Of a stretch of 64,000 nt of DNA, positions 25,001 through 38,438 are shown in pieces (the first letter of the stretch is position 1; each line of letters starts with the position of its first letter). The notes beneath the pieces are model-generated. The model was not told where the DNA came from, did not search any database, and worked only from the letters and a program-made list of their open reading frames with translations. Source of the DNA: Macrostomum lignano (Eukaryota); NCBI GenBank assembly GCA_002269645.1, contig NIVC01001226.1, positions 87,835-151,834 on the forward strand, in the 5' to 3' direction. A program made the translations under genes and the position numbers.

Positions 25001-28000
25001 AGGGCCTTGAAAGTGAGTGAAAGATTTTCTAAATGTTTACATGGTATTGTATTAGATCTGAATCTCAGCTCAGGATCTGAATCTTATAGCTCAGGATCTG
25101 AATTTCAAAGCTCAGGGTCTGAGCCTCATAGCTTGGGATCTGAATCTCATAGCTTAGGATCTGAATCTCATAGCTTAGGATCTGAATCTCATAGCTTGGA
25201 TCTTTAAAATCTCATAGCTTAGGATCTGAATCTCGTAGCTTAGGATCTGAATCTCATAGTTCAGGATCTGCATCTCATAGCTCAGGATCTGCATCTCATA
25301 GCTTGGGATCTGAATCTCATAGCTTGGGATCTGAATCTCATAGCTTGGAATCTGAGTCTCATAGCTTAGGATCTGAATCTCATAGCTTAGGATCTGAATC
25401 TCATAGCTTGGGATCTGTAAAATCTCATAGCTTAGGATCTGAATCTCGTAGCTTAGGATCTGAATCTCATGGCTTAGGATCTGAATCTCGTAGCTTAGGA
25501 TCTGAATCTCATAGCTTAGGATCTGAGTCTCATAGCTCAGGATCTGCATCCCATAACTTGGGATCTGAATCTCATAGCTTAGGATCTGAGTCTCATAGCT
25601 TAGGATCTGAATCTCATAACTTGGGATCTGAATCTCATAGCTTAGAATCTAAATCTCAGCTCAGGATCTGAATCTCATAGCTTGGGATCTGAATCTCATA
25701 GCTTGGGATCTGAATCTCATAGCTTGGGATCTGAATCTCATAGCTCAGTATCTGAATATCATAGCTCAGGATCTGAATCTCATAGCTCAGGTTCTGAATC
25801 TCATAGCCCAGGGTCTGAATCTCATAGCTCAGGGTCTAAATCTCATAGCTCAGGATCTGAGTCTCATAGCTCAGGATCTGAATCTCATAGCTCAGGTTCT
25901 GAATCTCATAGCCCAGGGTCTGAATCTCATAGCTTTTGGTCTGAATTTCATAGCTCAGGATCTGAATCTCATAGCTTTTGGTCTGAATCTCATAGCTCAG
26001 GATCTGAATCTCATAGCTTTTGGTCTGAATCTCATAGCTCAGGATCTGAATCTCATAGCTTTTGGTCTGAATCTTATAGCTCAGGATCTGAATCTCATAG
26101 CTTTTGGTCTGAATCTCATAGCTCAGGATCTGAATTTCATAGCTTAGGATTTGAATCTCATAGCTCAGGATCTGAATCTCATAGCTCAGGATCTGAATCT
26201 CATAGCTCAGGATCTGAATCTCAGCTCAGAATCTGGATCTCATAGCTCAGGATCTGAATCTCATAGTTTAGGATCTGAATCTCTTGGCTCAGGATCTGAA
26301 TCTCATAGCTTAGGGTTATAATTAAACTAGGCAGCTATGGCACGTGATATTCCAATTATGTATCAATCTGAACTCTCACAGGTGACCAGCCTAGAAGAGC
26401 TTGATGACGTCTATCAGCATTTTCTATTATACTACGGCCGCGACATGCAGGCTATGCACGAATACTTTGACGAGCTGCAGCAGCAGCAGGCTACTCAACA
26501 GCAGCAGCAGGCTCGGCGCAATCAATTACGTCGTCAGGCCAATACTAGGCCTCAGTATCGGCTGTGTCTGGAGGCTAGGTAATTGAAATGCCCATTTTTA
26601 TAGTTGTATTGGCACCCCTGTACGAAGCATGAAATAATCGCCCTTGAAATAGGCATTGAAACCCTGTATATACCTTGAACTAATCGCCCTGTACATACAT
26701 TGAGCTCATCGCCTCGTACATTCATTGAAATAATCTCTCTGTACATACATTGAACTGATCGCCCTGTACACATTTCACCTGTACGAGCTACTTATCGCGT
26801 ACACACGAAAGAATTTCTATGTAAACGCATTAAAATAATCTTGCATGTGCTCGCCTTAAGTACCTTACCTCATATCCCTTAATTCCTAGACTCGTTGGCC
26901 TTGCCCGTCGCTGGGGCCTCACTCCGGAACAATTTGCCGACAATCTCAAGGAGCAATTCTCTCGACACGAGGTCGATCAGTGCATGCTGGATCCCCTGGA
27001 AGCTGCCAGGGAATTTGTGTCCGAACGATTCCCAACGCCTGAGGACGCACTTGACGGGGCTCGGCTTGTTGTGGCCACTCAGATTGCCGCGGACCCTACG
27101 GTGCGCTCTGTTTTAACTTTAGGGTGTTCTGAGTTTGTGTCTAACACTTAAGGGGGTTCTGAGTTTGTGTCTAACACTTAAGGGGGTTCTGAGTTTGTGT
27201 CTAACACTTTATAGTGCTTTGAGTTGGTGTCTAACACTTTAGGGTGTTCTGAGTTTGTGTCTAACACTTTATAGTGCTTTGAGTTGGTGTCTAACACTTT
27301 AGGGTATTCTGAGTTTGTGTCTAACACTTTATGGTGCTTTGAGTTGGTGTCTAGCACATTCTATAGTGTTCTGAGTTGGTATCTAACACATTCTATTGTA
27401 TAATGTTTTGAGTTGATGTCTAACGCATTCTATAATGTTTTGAGTTGATGTCTAACGCATTCTATAATGTTCTGAGTTGGTGTCTAACACATTCTATAAT
27501 GTTTTGAGTTGGTTTCTAACACATTCTATAATCTAAAGTGTTCTGAGTTGGTGTCTAACACTTTAGGGTGTTCTGAGTTGGTGTCTAACACTTTAGGGTG
27601 TTCTGAGTTTGTGTCTAACACTTTATGGTGCTTTGAGTTGGTGTCTAGCACATTCTATAATGTTTTGAGTTGATGTCTAACGCATTCTATAATGTTTTGA
27701 GTTGATGTCTAACGCATTCTATAATGTTCTGAGTTGGTGTCTAACACATTCTATAATGTTTTGAGTTGGTGTCTAACACATTCTATAGTGTTCTGAGTTG
27801 GTGTCTAACACATTCTATAGTGTTCTGAGTTGGTGTCTAACACTTTAGGGTGTTCTGAGTTTGTGTCTAACACTTTATGGTGCTTTGAGTTGGTGTCTAG
27901 CACATTCTATAATGTTTTGAGTTGATGTCTAACGCATTCTATAATGTTCTGAGTTGGTGTCTAACACATTCTATAATGTTTTGAGTTGGTGTCTAACACA

Positions 28001-31000
28001 TTCTATAGTGTTCTGAGTTGGTGTCTAACACATTCTATAGTGTTCTGAGTTGGTGTCTAACACTTTAGGGTGTTCTGAGTTTGTGTCTAACACTTTATGG
28101 TGCTTTGAGTTGGTGTCTAACACATTCTATAATGTTTTGAGTTGATGTCTAACGCATTCTATAATGTTCTGAGTTGATGTCTAACGCATTCTATAATGTT
28201 CTGAGTTGATGTCTAACGCATTCTATAATGTTCTGAGTTGGTGTCTAACGCATTCTATAATGTTCTGAGTTGATGTCTAACGCATTCTATAATGTTTTGA
28301 GTTGGTGTCTAACACATTCTATAGTGTTCTGAGTTGGTGTCTAACACATTCTATAATGTTCTGAGTTGGTGTCTAACGCATCCCGCATTCAATTTTACAG
28401 GTGAGACAGATCGTACGCAGGCGCTTCTTCTCATCCGCCAAGTTGACCGTGCGGCCAACTAAAAAAGGCCAACGGGAAATAGACGAAAGCCACCATTTAT
28501 ATCCGTACAAGTACCTAACCAACAAGGAGGTTGATAGTATCCATGGCGACGCGTTTCTAAGAATTCAACAAGGCCAAAAAGATGGGTTAGTGACCTACGA
28601 GCTGCATATGGACGATAAGCCTACTAGGCGACAGCGAGTGGACATTGTCACCTATTCGTCCGAGGCCAAGCAGTACTTCTATCGGGACGAGTACAGCGCC
28701 CTCGCTCGGGCCTGGAATGCTCAACGATTTCAAGCTTTAGATTATGCGCTCGAGAAACTGCTCTATCCCACTTTGCGCCGCCAACTGGAGGGAAGAATTA
28801 TTCAAGAGGCTAGAGATGGTTAGTCTTTATTGGCTTGATATTATTCTCCACGTCTGCGTGTTCCTGGCATCTAAGTGTTCTTTCTTAGAATTATAAAGTT
28901 CTTTCTTAGAATTTGGGTGTTCTTTCTTAGAATTTGAGTGTTCTTTCTTAGAATTTAAGTGTTCTTTCTTAGAATTTGAGTGTTCTTTCTTAGAATTTGA
29001 GTGTTCTTTCTTAGAATTTGAGTGTTCCTTCTTAGAATTTAAGTGTTCTTTCTTAGAATCCTGAAGTTATTTCTTAGAATTTAAGTGCTCTTGCTTAGAA
29101 TTCGAGGGTTTTTTCTTAGAATCGAAGTGTTGCTTCTTACAATTTAAGTGTTATTTATTATAATTTTAGCGTTCTTTCTTACCATTTAAGTGTTCTTTTT
29201 TAGAATTTGTGGTTTTTTCTTGGAATTATAGTGCTCTTCTTAGAATTTTAGTGTTCTTTTTTAAAAAAGTCAGCTTTCTTAGAATATAAGTTTAAGAGTA
29301 CTCGTATAAGTTCTTACAACCTATTTCTCATTTCTTGAAATTCACTTGTACTTTCTTAGAATCAAAGTGTAATTTTTTAGAATACATGTGCTCTATCTTA
29401 GAATTTGAATCAATTTTTTCATCAAGCCAATCCTCATTACACAAAAGAGCTTTCCCAAACACCAATCCACAGGCATCAGCCGGTCGTGCAGCCTAAAGAT
29501 TAGCAATTGGCTCAAGTTCGCGCCCTACCCGGCTGGCGGCCTGGACGGCGCCGGCGGCGAGCACAGGCATCGAGCCGACTCGTCGAGTCGTAGACGCGAC
29601 AGGCTCGCTAGAGTTATGGGCGTAGCCTACAGCACAGATAGAGAGATTGCCGCCTACGCTTCGGTTATTAATTCAAACGGTGAAGTGCTGGATTTCTTAA
29701 GGCTGCCGTTCCTGCTGGCTAGTAAGAAATCGCAACGCGAGGAAACTGCGAAGAATAAGGTATGAACTAGACAGAAATTATGTACTTGTTTATAGTATTC
29801 CGCATTATTTAAATTAATTTTTTTTTAAATAACACAATGTTCGTTATAGTCTATTGTTTTGGTCATCATGTAAGTAGTCAAGAAGCGAATTTTAAAGCTA
29901 TAATTTAACAAAAAAGTGATCTTTCACTGCCAGGCTCGCGAGCTTCACCTCATCAAGAAGCTAATCGCCAAGCATCGCCCAGACGTTATCGCTGTTGGCA
30001 CCGAGTCCAAAGAGGCCCTGACTATTCAGCAGGAGCTTCGCGAACTCGCCCAGGAACTCCTAGCCGAGGGCTTAGCAACTAACTCGAGCGTCCATCTGGT
30101 TGACAACGAGCCGGCCCGAGTGTTTGAGAAATCCCGGCGCGCCGAGAAAGAATTGCCAACTTATCCAGAAATTCTGCGACAGAGCGTCTCGGTTGCTAGG
30201 CGACTGCAGGATCCCCTAGTGGAGCTGGCCGGCTTGGTTAATGCCGATGAGGATATCCTGTGCTTGAGGATGCATCCTATGCAGGTTGGTTGCTATAAAG
30301 CTTTGCTCTTATGCCCCCAGTTGCTGGGCCAGCCTCCCAGCTCCCCAGTTGCTGGGCCAGCCTCCCAGATCCTCAGTTGCTGGGCCAGCCTCCCAGCTCC
30401 CCAGTTGCTGGGCCAGCCTCCCAGCTCCCCAGTTGCTGGGCCAGCCTCCCAGATCCTCAGTTGCTGGGCCAGCCTCCCAGCTCCCCAATTGCTGGGCCAG
30501 CCTTCCAGCTCCCCAGTTGCTGAGCCAGCCTTCCAGATCCAGGTAAGTTATTGGACAGAATAGAAGTCACGTGACTGCTCTCAGCCAATAGCGACTTACA
30601 TGTGTGTGTTGCCAATAGAAACGGTCGGGTGATTACCAAGGTTGCGCTTGTATGGCCATTGCCATCCCTACATCTCACTCACATTTCTGTCCTTTTGGCT
30701 CCATTCTCAAAACGACCTCTATATATTTTAGATTCTGAGATTCCCTTCGGTTGTTTAGACTGCACCACAAGATTTCCCATAATTACACCTTATTGGAACC
30801 TCAGGTCAGCTGAAATCCTCAATCCATTCAATCCCAGGACGCGGTGCCCCGCGACCAGCTGCTATCGGCTCTGACCCTGGAATTCGTCAACAAAGTAAAC
30901 GAAGTCGGCGTTGACGTGAACCGCTGCGTAGACTTGCCAAACTACGCCGCCCTGCTGCAATTCGTATGCGGACTGGGGCCTCGCAAAGCTGGCGATATTG

Positions 31001-34000
31001 TTAGCAAGCTGCGCTACTCCGGCCAGCGGCTGCACAATCGGGTGCCGCAGATTATCGACCTACTGCGGATGGGTCCCGTTGTGTTCATCAACAGCGCCGG
31101 TTTCATACGCATCGACACTGAGGCGGTTGAGAACGAAGCGCCGCACGCTCAGACAGACATACTCGACGCTACCCGAGTGCATCCGGAGTCCTACGAGCTG
31201 GCTAGGAAGATCGCTATGGATGCCGTTGATGCCGACGATGCTGCTGACGACGAGGAGGCTGCCAAATCTGCTCTGCTGGAAGTGATGGAGCATCCGGACA
31301 GGCTGAAGGAGCTGGATATTGATGCGTTTGCCGAGGAGTTGAAGCGACAGGTTGGAAACTTGTTTTCTGGTTGGACTTTCGGGGTCATCTGGTTCAGGGT
31401 TTGGGTCAGCTGGTTCAGCGTTTAGGTCAGCTGGTTCAGCGTTTGGGTCAGCTGGTTTAGGGTTTGGGTCAGCTGGTTCAGGGTTTGGGTCAGCTGGTTT
31501 AGGGTTTGGGTCAGCTGGTTCAGGGTTTGGGTCAGCTGGTTCAGGGTTTGGGTCAGCTGGTTCTAGGTTTGAGTCATATGGTTCAGGATTTGGACCATCT
31601 AATTCAAGTTTTGATCAGCTGGTTTAGGGTTTGGGTCATCTAGTTCTAGGTTTGGGTGAGCTGGTTCAGGGTTTGGGGCAGCTGGTTCAGGGTTTGGGTC
31701 AGCTAATTCAGGGTTTAAGTCATCTGGTTCAGGAGTTGGGTCAACTGGTTATTTTCAGCCGGTTAAATGGTTAGGCAAGATTCGGGTCACCTGTGCACAA
31801 ATCAAGGTCAACTATTTCTCGCCCACCGTAGGAGTACGGCGAGAAGCACATAACCCTGTACGACATTCGCAACGAGCTGTGCCAACCCTACAAAGATCTT
31901 CGAATTGAATATTCTCCGCCAAATTCCGAGGAGCGTTTCAACCTGGTCACCAGGGAGACTCCAGACACGTTCTACATCGGCAAGCTGGTAGACTGCACCG
32001 TGATGGGGTTCGCGCGCAGGCGGCCGAAACCGGACCAATTGGAAAATGCCAACCCTATTCGCAATGAGGAGACGGGCAATTGGGTCTGCCCGTTCTGCGG
32101 CCTGTCCAATTTTGTGGAAGTCAACCAAGTCTGGTCGCATTTCGATGGTCAGTCGTGTGAGGGCGAACCAGTAGGAGTTCGAGTGCAGCTCGACAATGGA
32201 TTGTCTGGATTCATTGGCACTAGGAATCTATCGGATAAGTCGGTTGTTAATCCTACCGAGCGAGTGGCCGTGGGCCAGCAACTGCACGCCAGGATTATGA
32301 AGATTGATATTGAAAATTTTCGAGTAGATTTAACTAGTAGAAGCTCGGATCTGAAGGATACGGCGTTTAAGTGGAAACCGCCTAGGGACGCTTGCTTTGA
32401 TGAAGATGCTGAGGCTGTCGACCTGCAGGTGAGTTGCGGGCGCTGAAACCCGTGGAAATGTCCTTTCAGATATTTATTCCCAAATACCCCAATAAATTTC
32501 TCGAAGATACCAATAAGCTCGTGGACTTGTTTAAAATACCCAATTAGATTCCTTTAAAATACCCCATCAGATTCCTTTAAAATGGCCAATTAGATTCCTT
32601 TAAAATAGCCAATTAGATTCCTTTAAAATACCCCATCAGATTCCTTTAAAATAGCCAATTAGATTCCTTTAAAATACCTTTTTAGCCTCCTATAAAATAC
32701 CTCATTAGATTCATTTAAAATACCCAATTAGATTCCTTTAAAATACCCAATTAGATTCCTTTAAAATACCCAATTAGATTCCTATTAAAGACCTATCAGA
32801 TTCTTTTAAAATAATTATATACTATATTAAAGAATCCTCTATAATACACTATTCGATCACTGTAAGTATGTTGGCAATAACCATGCAAAGTTAAGCACAA
32901 TTGGCTGCGGTTAGTACACAGGTTCTACAATACCATCTCAATTTAGCTTCACAATAATCCTACAAAATATTTTCAGTCCGAGGAGGACAAGCGCAAGGAG
33001 ACCAGGCCAACCTACGTGAAACGGGTGATCGATCATCCGAATTTTCACAACGTCACGTATCGCGACTGCGCCAAACTGATGCACAGCTTGGACCTTGGCG
33101 ACGCCGTGTTCCGGCCCAGTTCTAAAGGCACCGATCGGCTGACGCTGACCTGGAAGATTGAAGACGGCATTATTCAACACGTTGAAGTGCAAGAACGAAA
33201 TAAGCAGAACGATTTCTCTTTGGGCAAGACGCTCCTTATTGAGGTTGGTGCTTCATTTTAAATGAACTGTGACTGTTGGTGACTGTTGGGTCACTGTTGA
33301 GTCACTAGCGCATCATGAGTTGCAGAATCGTAAAATAGTCTCGGAAAGAGTTGTCCAGATTGACGCAGATTCGCTTTAGACGCAACTCAGTGATTCTAAG
33401 AGTCTAGAGTCACTTCTTTTCTATTTTACCTGTGCTACCTGCCACGACTCTGAAACTACTATGGAACGCTTCTTGGCTTCTACCCCTTTACCTACCTCTC
33501 TACCTACCCCTTTACCTACCTCTCTTCCTACCCCTTTGCCTACCTCTTTACCTATCCCTTTACCTACCTCTCTACCTACCCCTTTACCTACCTCTCTACC
33601 TACCCCTTTACCTACCTCTATTCCTACCCCTTTGCCTACCTCTTTACCTATCCCTTTACCTACCTCTCTACCTACCCCTTTACCTACCTCTCTACCTACC
33701 CCTTTACCTACCTCTCTACCTACCCCTTTACCTACCTCTCTACCTACCCCTTTACCTACCTCTTTACCTATCCCTTTACCTACCTCTCTACCTACCCCTT
33801 TACCTACCTCTCTACCTACCCCTTTACCTACCTCTCTACCTACCCCTTTACCTACCTCTCTACCTACCCCTTTACCTACCTCTCTACCTACCCCTTTACC
33901 TACCTCTCTACCTATCCCTTTACCTACATCTCTACCTATCCCTTTACCTACATCTCTACCTACCCCTTTACCTACCTCTCTACCTACCCCTTTACCTACC

Positions 34001-34748
34001 TCTTTACCTATCCCTTTACCTACCCATTTATCTACCCCTTTACCTTCCTATTTACCTACCCCTTTGCCTACCTCTTTACCTATCCCTTTACCTACCCATT
34101 TATCTACCCCTTTACCTTCCTATTTACCTACCCCTTTGCCTACCTATTTACCTACCCCTTTGCCTACCTCTTTACCTATCCCTTTACCTACCCATTTATC
34201 TACCCCTTTACCTTCCTATTTACCTACCCCTTTGCCTACCTCTTTACCTATCCCTTTACCTACCCATTTATCTACCCCTTTACCTTCCTATTTACCCACC
34301 CCTTTGCCTACTACAGGGCGAAGAATTCGAAGATCTAGACGAAATAATCGCCCGCTATGTGCAGCCAATGGCGGCCTACATTCGCGACATCAGCATGCAC
34401 AAGTATTACGTCAGGCCGGCGCCTGGCGCCTCCGGCGTCGCAGCTATCGACGACAGTTTGCGCCAAGCTAAACAGGCCAGGCCAACTACCATTCCCTACA
34501 GTCTGTCGGCTGTGACCAATATGCCTGGCAAATTTCTATTGGCCTACCTGCCTAGGAGTAATGTACACCGCGAGTACATCACTGTGCGGCCTGGCGGGCT
34601 GCGCTATAGGGGCAGGCAGTTTGCCAGCTTGAATCAGCTGCTAGCCTGGTTTAAGCAGCACTATAGAGAGCCGCCGCCTAGCGCTGCTAATGTGCCCGGT
34701 TCGGCCCTGATGACCCCGGCTGGCTCTGTGATTTCGGCTAGAATGTGA
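22017..34748 (+). CDS. SPT6: Transcription elongation factor / histone chaperone SPT6, 12 coding exons, 1693 aa. Exons: 22017-22893, 23674-24254, 24662-25012, 26382-26578, 26890-27100, 28401-28818, 29473-29759, 29934-30284, 30838-31350, 31832-32428, 32977-33243, 34317-34748
   Basis: All introns are GT-AG and phases join into one 5082-nt ORF. Recognisable SPT6 segments: acidic N-terminus, [22 protein letters not shown], YqgF-like region, [10 protein letters not shown] Hh[15 protein letters not shown]1 ([11 protein letters not shown]) and tandem SH2 ([10 protein letters not shown]...[15 protein letters not shown]). Confidence 0.95.
22905..23455. repeat. 39-bp minisatellite, ~14 copies, SPT6 intron 1
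   Basis: Unit CTGAGACTGACAGGCACTGGGGGCTGGGGCAGACAGACA; decays into AGAC-rich sequence up to ~23620. Confidence 0.95.
24350..24555. repeat. 33-bp minisatellite, ~6 copies, SPT6 intron 2
   Basis: Unit TCTGAGCGATTCCCTATGACCCACTCTTATCTA. Confidence 0.9.
25055..26312. repeat. 21-bp minisatellite, ~58 copies, SPT6 intron 3
   Basis: Unit GGATCTGAATCTCATAGCTCA. Confidence 0.95.
27110..28380. repeat. 30/32-bp minisatellite, SPT6 intron 5
   Basis: Core GTTCTGAGTTGGTGTCTAAC; period 30 at 27121-27180 and 32 at 28141/28173. Confidence 0.95.
28875..29400. repeat. 21-bp minisatellite decaying 3', SPT6 intron 6
   Basis: Unit TTCTTTCTTAGAATTTGAGTG. Confidence 0.85.
30315..30543. repeat. 28-bp minisatellite, ~8 copies, SPT6 intron 8
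   Basis: Unit CAGTTGCTGGGCCAGCCTCCCAGCTCCC; CAGTTG at 30318 and 30346. Confidence 0.9.
30545..30654. mobile_element. Truncated (right-half) copy of the 172-bp fold-back MITE, SPT6 intron 8
   Basis: GTCACGTGACTGCTCTCAGCCAATAG...GTTGCGCTTGTATG matches 16130-16218. Confidence 0.75.
31380..31750. repeat. 21-bp minisatellite, SPT6 intron 9
   Basis: Unit GGTTTGGGTCAGCTGGTTCAG; AGGGTTT at 31501, 31522, 31543. Confidence 0.9.
32530..32815. repeat. 23-bp minisatellite, SPT6 intron 10
   Basis: Unit AAAATACCCAATTAGATTCCTTT; ATTAGATT at 32704, 32727, 32750. Confidence 0.85.
33480..34310. repeat. 12/24-bp pyrimidine-rich minisatellite reaching the acceptor, SPT6 intron 11
   Basis: Unit CCTACCTCTCTACCTACCCCTTTA; TACCTCTC at 33661, 33685, 33709. 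Confidence 0.95.
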
Positions 34749-34983
34749 CACCTGTTTAATTCATTAATAAACTTAACTAAATTGTACTTTGTTTAGCGTT
34801 CATCAATCTGAGGATTTATTTGTTGCTGCCTGTGTGTGTTTTTTAATTTTTTTTTATAGTCGTAGTTTGGTTGTACTTTTGTTGCCCTTTTTTATACAGA
34901 AGCTTTGGGAGCATTGAATCAAACAATTCACCTTTATTGTTTGTAACAAGGTTCCGACCTTGAAATCATCTAGGGTCCTTGGG

Positions 34984-35805
34984 TCATTCAAGGTCAAGTA
35001 AAGTGGGAGATTTAGTGTATGATTTGAGAGTGGGGTCATCAAGTGGGGTCATTCAAGGTCAAGTCAAGTGCCAGGTCTAGGTGTATGCTTTGAGAACGGG
35101 GTCATTCAAGGTCAAGTCAAGTGGCAGGTCTAGGTGTATGATTTGAGAACGGGGTCATTCAAGGTCAAGTCAAATGGCAGGTCTAGGTGTATGATTTAAG
35201 AACGGGGTCATTCAAGGTCAAGTCAAGTGGCAGGTCTAGGTGTATGATTTGAGAACGGGGTCATTCAAGGTCAAGTCAAGTGGAAGGTCTAGGTGTATGA
35301 TTTGAGAACGGGGTCATTCAAGGTCAAGTCAAATGGCAGGTCTAGGTGTATGCTTTGAGAACGGGGTCATTCAAGGTCAAGTCAAGTGGCAGGTCTAGGT
35401 GTATGATTTAAGAACGGGGTCATTCAAGGTCAAGTCAAATGGCAGGTCTAGGTGTATGATTTGAGAACGGGGTCATTCAAGGACAAGTCAAGTGGCAGGT
35501 CTAGGTGCATGCTTTGAGAACGGGGTCATTCAAGGTCAAGTCAAGTGGCAGGTCTAGGTGTATGATTTGAGAACGGGGTCATTCAAGGACAAGCCAAGTG
35601 GCAGGTCTAGGTGTATGATTTGAGAACGGGGTCATTCAAGGACAAGTCAAGTGGCAGGTCTAGGTGTATGATTTGAGAACGGGGTCATTCAAGGACAAGT
35701 CAAGTGGCAGGTCTAGGTGTATGATTTGAGAACGGGGTCATTCAAGGACAAGTCAAGTGGCAGGTCTAGGTGTATGATTTGAGAACGGGGTCATTCAAGG
35801 TCAGG
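34984..35805. repeat. 53-bp minisatellite, ~15 copies, just 3' of SPT6
   Basis: GGGGTCATTCAAGG at 35045, 35098, 35151. Confidence 0.95.
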
Positions 35806-36481
35806 TCTAAATCGAAATTTTCCGAATGCAAAAATTTCCAATCCCAAATGTCAATGGGTCATTTAAGGTCAAATGACTTTTTATTTTAACCACGTTGCCT
35901 GCCTTAACTCTTCAAATAGAATTACAAAAAATCAATAAACCTCGCTGCGTCCTTATTGGTGGGCAAAGTGTAACATTTCCTTTATACGCCGTATTTGTAC
36001 TTTTCTCTTCCTAATTAATAAATTTGGCCAGCATTTGCGCTCATTCAATTCTACTAGAATCCTTATTACTATAAGCATGAAAAATTCAATATGAAAGCAA
36101 AACTTGAGCTCTGTTAAAGCAAGTTCCCTATTAAAGTGCATTACAACAGTACAACACTGAAAGTAATTATAAATTTGTGTAATTTTGTATGCCTTGCGTC
36201 ATTCTTTCTCGATTTGGTGTTCTGTACAAAAAACTCGATAAAATAAAAAACTAAAGTTTTCTGCTGCTATTCTAATTACAAGGAATTTTGAGTATTCGGT
36301 GGTTTTCATTTTTTATGCTATCAGTGTACGAGCATAAGTTTATTCGGGCAACTATTATATTTAATAAACCGTTTATCACATGCTTCTACTTCTACTTGGC
36401 TTTCAGTTATCAGTAGCAAGTTTCGAACATTTCAAGTATATTTTGGACGGTTCATCCGTACATAATCTTCAGGTTCATCTC

Positions 36482-37710
36482 TATGCTATGGTGTGGGGCT
36501 GATGCTATGGTGTGGGGCTGATGCTATGGTGTGGGGCTGATGCTATGGTGTGGGGCTGATGCTATGGTGTGGGGCTGATGCTATGGTGTGGGGCTGATGC
36601 TATGGTGTGGGGCTGATGCTATGGTGTGGGGCTGATGCTATGGTGTGGGGCTGATGCTATGGTGTGGGGCTGATGCTATGGTGTGGGGCTGATGCTATGG
36701 TGTGGGGCTGATGCTATGGTGTGGGGCTGATGCTGTGGTGCGGGACTTCTGTGGTGCGGGACTGCTTATGTGGTGCGGGACTGCTTCTGTGGTGCGGGAC
36801 TGCTTCTGTGGTGCGGGACTGCTTCTGTGGTGCGGGACTGCTTCTGTGGTGCGGGACTGCTGTGGTGTGGGACTGCTGTGGTGTGGGACTGCTGTGGTGC
36901 GGGACTGCTGTGGTGTGGGACTGCTGTGGTGCGGGACTGCTGTGGTGCGGGACTGCTTACTGTGGTGCGGGACTTCTGTGGTGCGGGACTGCTTCTGTGG
37001 TGCGGGACTGCTGTGGTGCGGGACTTCTGTGGTGTGGGACTGCTGTGGTGTGGGACTGCTGTGGTGCGGGACTGCTGTGGTGCGGCACTGCTGTGGTGCG
37101 GGACTGCTTCTGTGGTGCGGGACTTCTGTGGTGCGGGACTGCTGTGGTGTGGGACTGCTGTGGTGCGGGACTGCTGTGGTGCGGGACTGCTTACTGTTGT
37201 GCGGGACTTCTGTGGTGCGGGACTGCTTCTGTGGTGCGGGACTGCTGTGGTGCGGGACTGTTTCTGTGGTGCGGGACTGTTGTGGTGCGGGACTGCTTCT
37301 GTGGTGCGGGACTGCTTCTGTGGTGCGGGACTGCTGTGGTGCGGGACTGCTGTGGTGCGGGACTGCTGTGGTGCGGGACTGCTTCTGTGGTGCGGGACTG
37401 CTTCTGTGGTGCGGGACTGCTGTGGTGCGGGACTGCTGTGGTATGGGACTGCTGTGGTGCGGGACTTCTGTGGTGCGGGACTGCTGTGGTGTGGGACTGC
37501 TGTGGTGCGGGACTGCTGTGGTGCGGGACTGCTTACTGTGGTGCGGGACTTCTGTGGTGCGGGACTGCTGTGGTGCGGGACTGTTTCTGTGATGCGGGAC
37601 TATTGTGGTGCGGGACTGCTTTTGTGGTGCGGGACTGCTTCTGTGGTGCGGGACTGCTTCTGTGGTGCGGGACTGCTGTGGTGCGGGACTGCTATGGTGC
37701 GGGACTGCTA
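36482..37710. repeat. Compound minisatellite: perfect 19-bp ATGCTATGGTGTGGGGCTG (36482-36735) grading into 16/19-bp CTGTGGTGCGGGACTG(CTT)
   Basis: Directly visible; source of the Cys/Gly/Val-rich spurious ORFs. Confidence 0.95.
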
Positions 37711-38438
37711 ACCTGTGGGGGGGGGGTAAGCATATGTCTGATGCGGATATCTCTACTTATAAAAATCAAAATAATATATAAAGTAGATGTGACACTTCCA
37801 ATAAAAGTTCAATTGGAACTTTTCAAAGTTCGGTTTGTTTAAGCGGTTTTGTGCGCTGCGGGGGGAGGGGTGGGCGGCAGCCGTCACGATTACGTCTCGC
37901 ACCACCTCGAACTCGTCTTGCTGGCTTCCTTTACTTTGTCCCTAGTCTTATCTTGTCTTACTCATTTGTGTCTATTGTTGCTTTGAAAGGTTAGGCGGTA
38001 GAAGCAGCCAATTAGAAGTGGACCTGCCCAGCCAGTTTCAAGTCGGATCAAGGACACCCTAAACCTGTATTTGGATTGGAATACTTTCGTGTTTTTCAGT
38101 TTTTGTTTTACTTTACTAGATTTATTATAACGGTAAACTTTGTTAGGTTTTAGAAGTGTTATTTTAAGTACTAGTACGAGTACGATTTCTATAAATTTAT
38201 GAACTTGGAATTCAAAATAGGCCTTTCGTGTACGTGTAGTAATTGTTGTCCATTCCAGAGTTCTAGAATTTTTTATGGGTCTCCATGGTCGACCACACCC
38301 CCTTTAAATGCCCGTACTAGTTTTGCTGTCTGCTTTTCTCTCCTTAAGAGCCAGAGCCTCAGGCCACGCCTCCAATTTCATATATCATTCAATCGTACCA
38401 ACTTTTTTATTCTCAGCCAAGCCGGCCAACCAACAGTC

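Noticed and set aside
34984-35805. 53-bp array (and the 54-bp array at 4075-4612) as CRISPR-like
   Set aside because: Head-to-tail repeats with no unique spacers, no cas genes, eukaryotic context.
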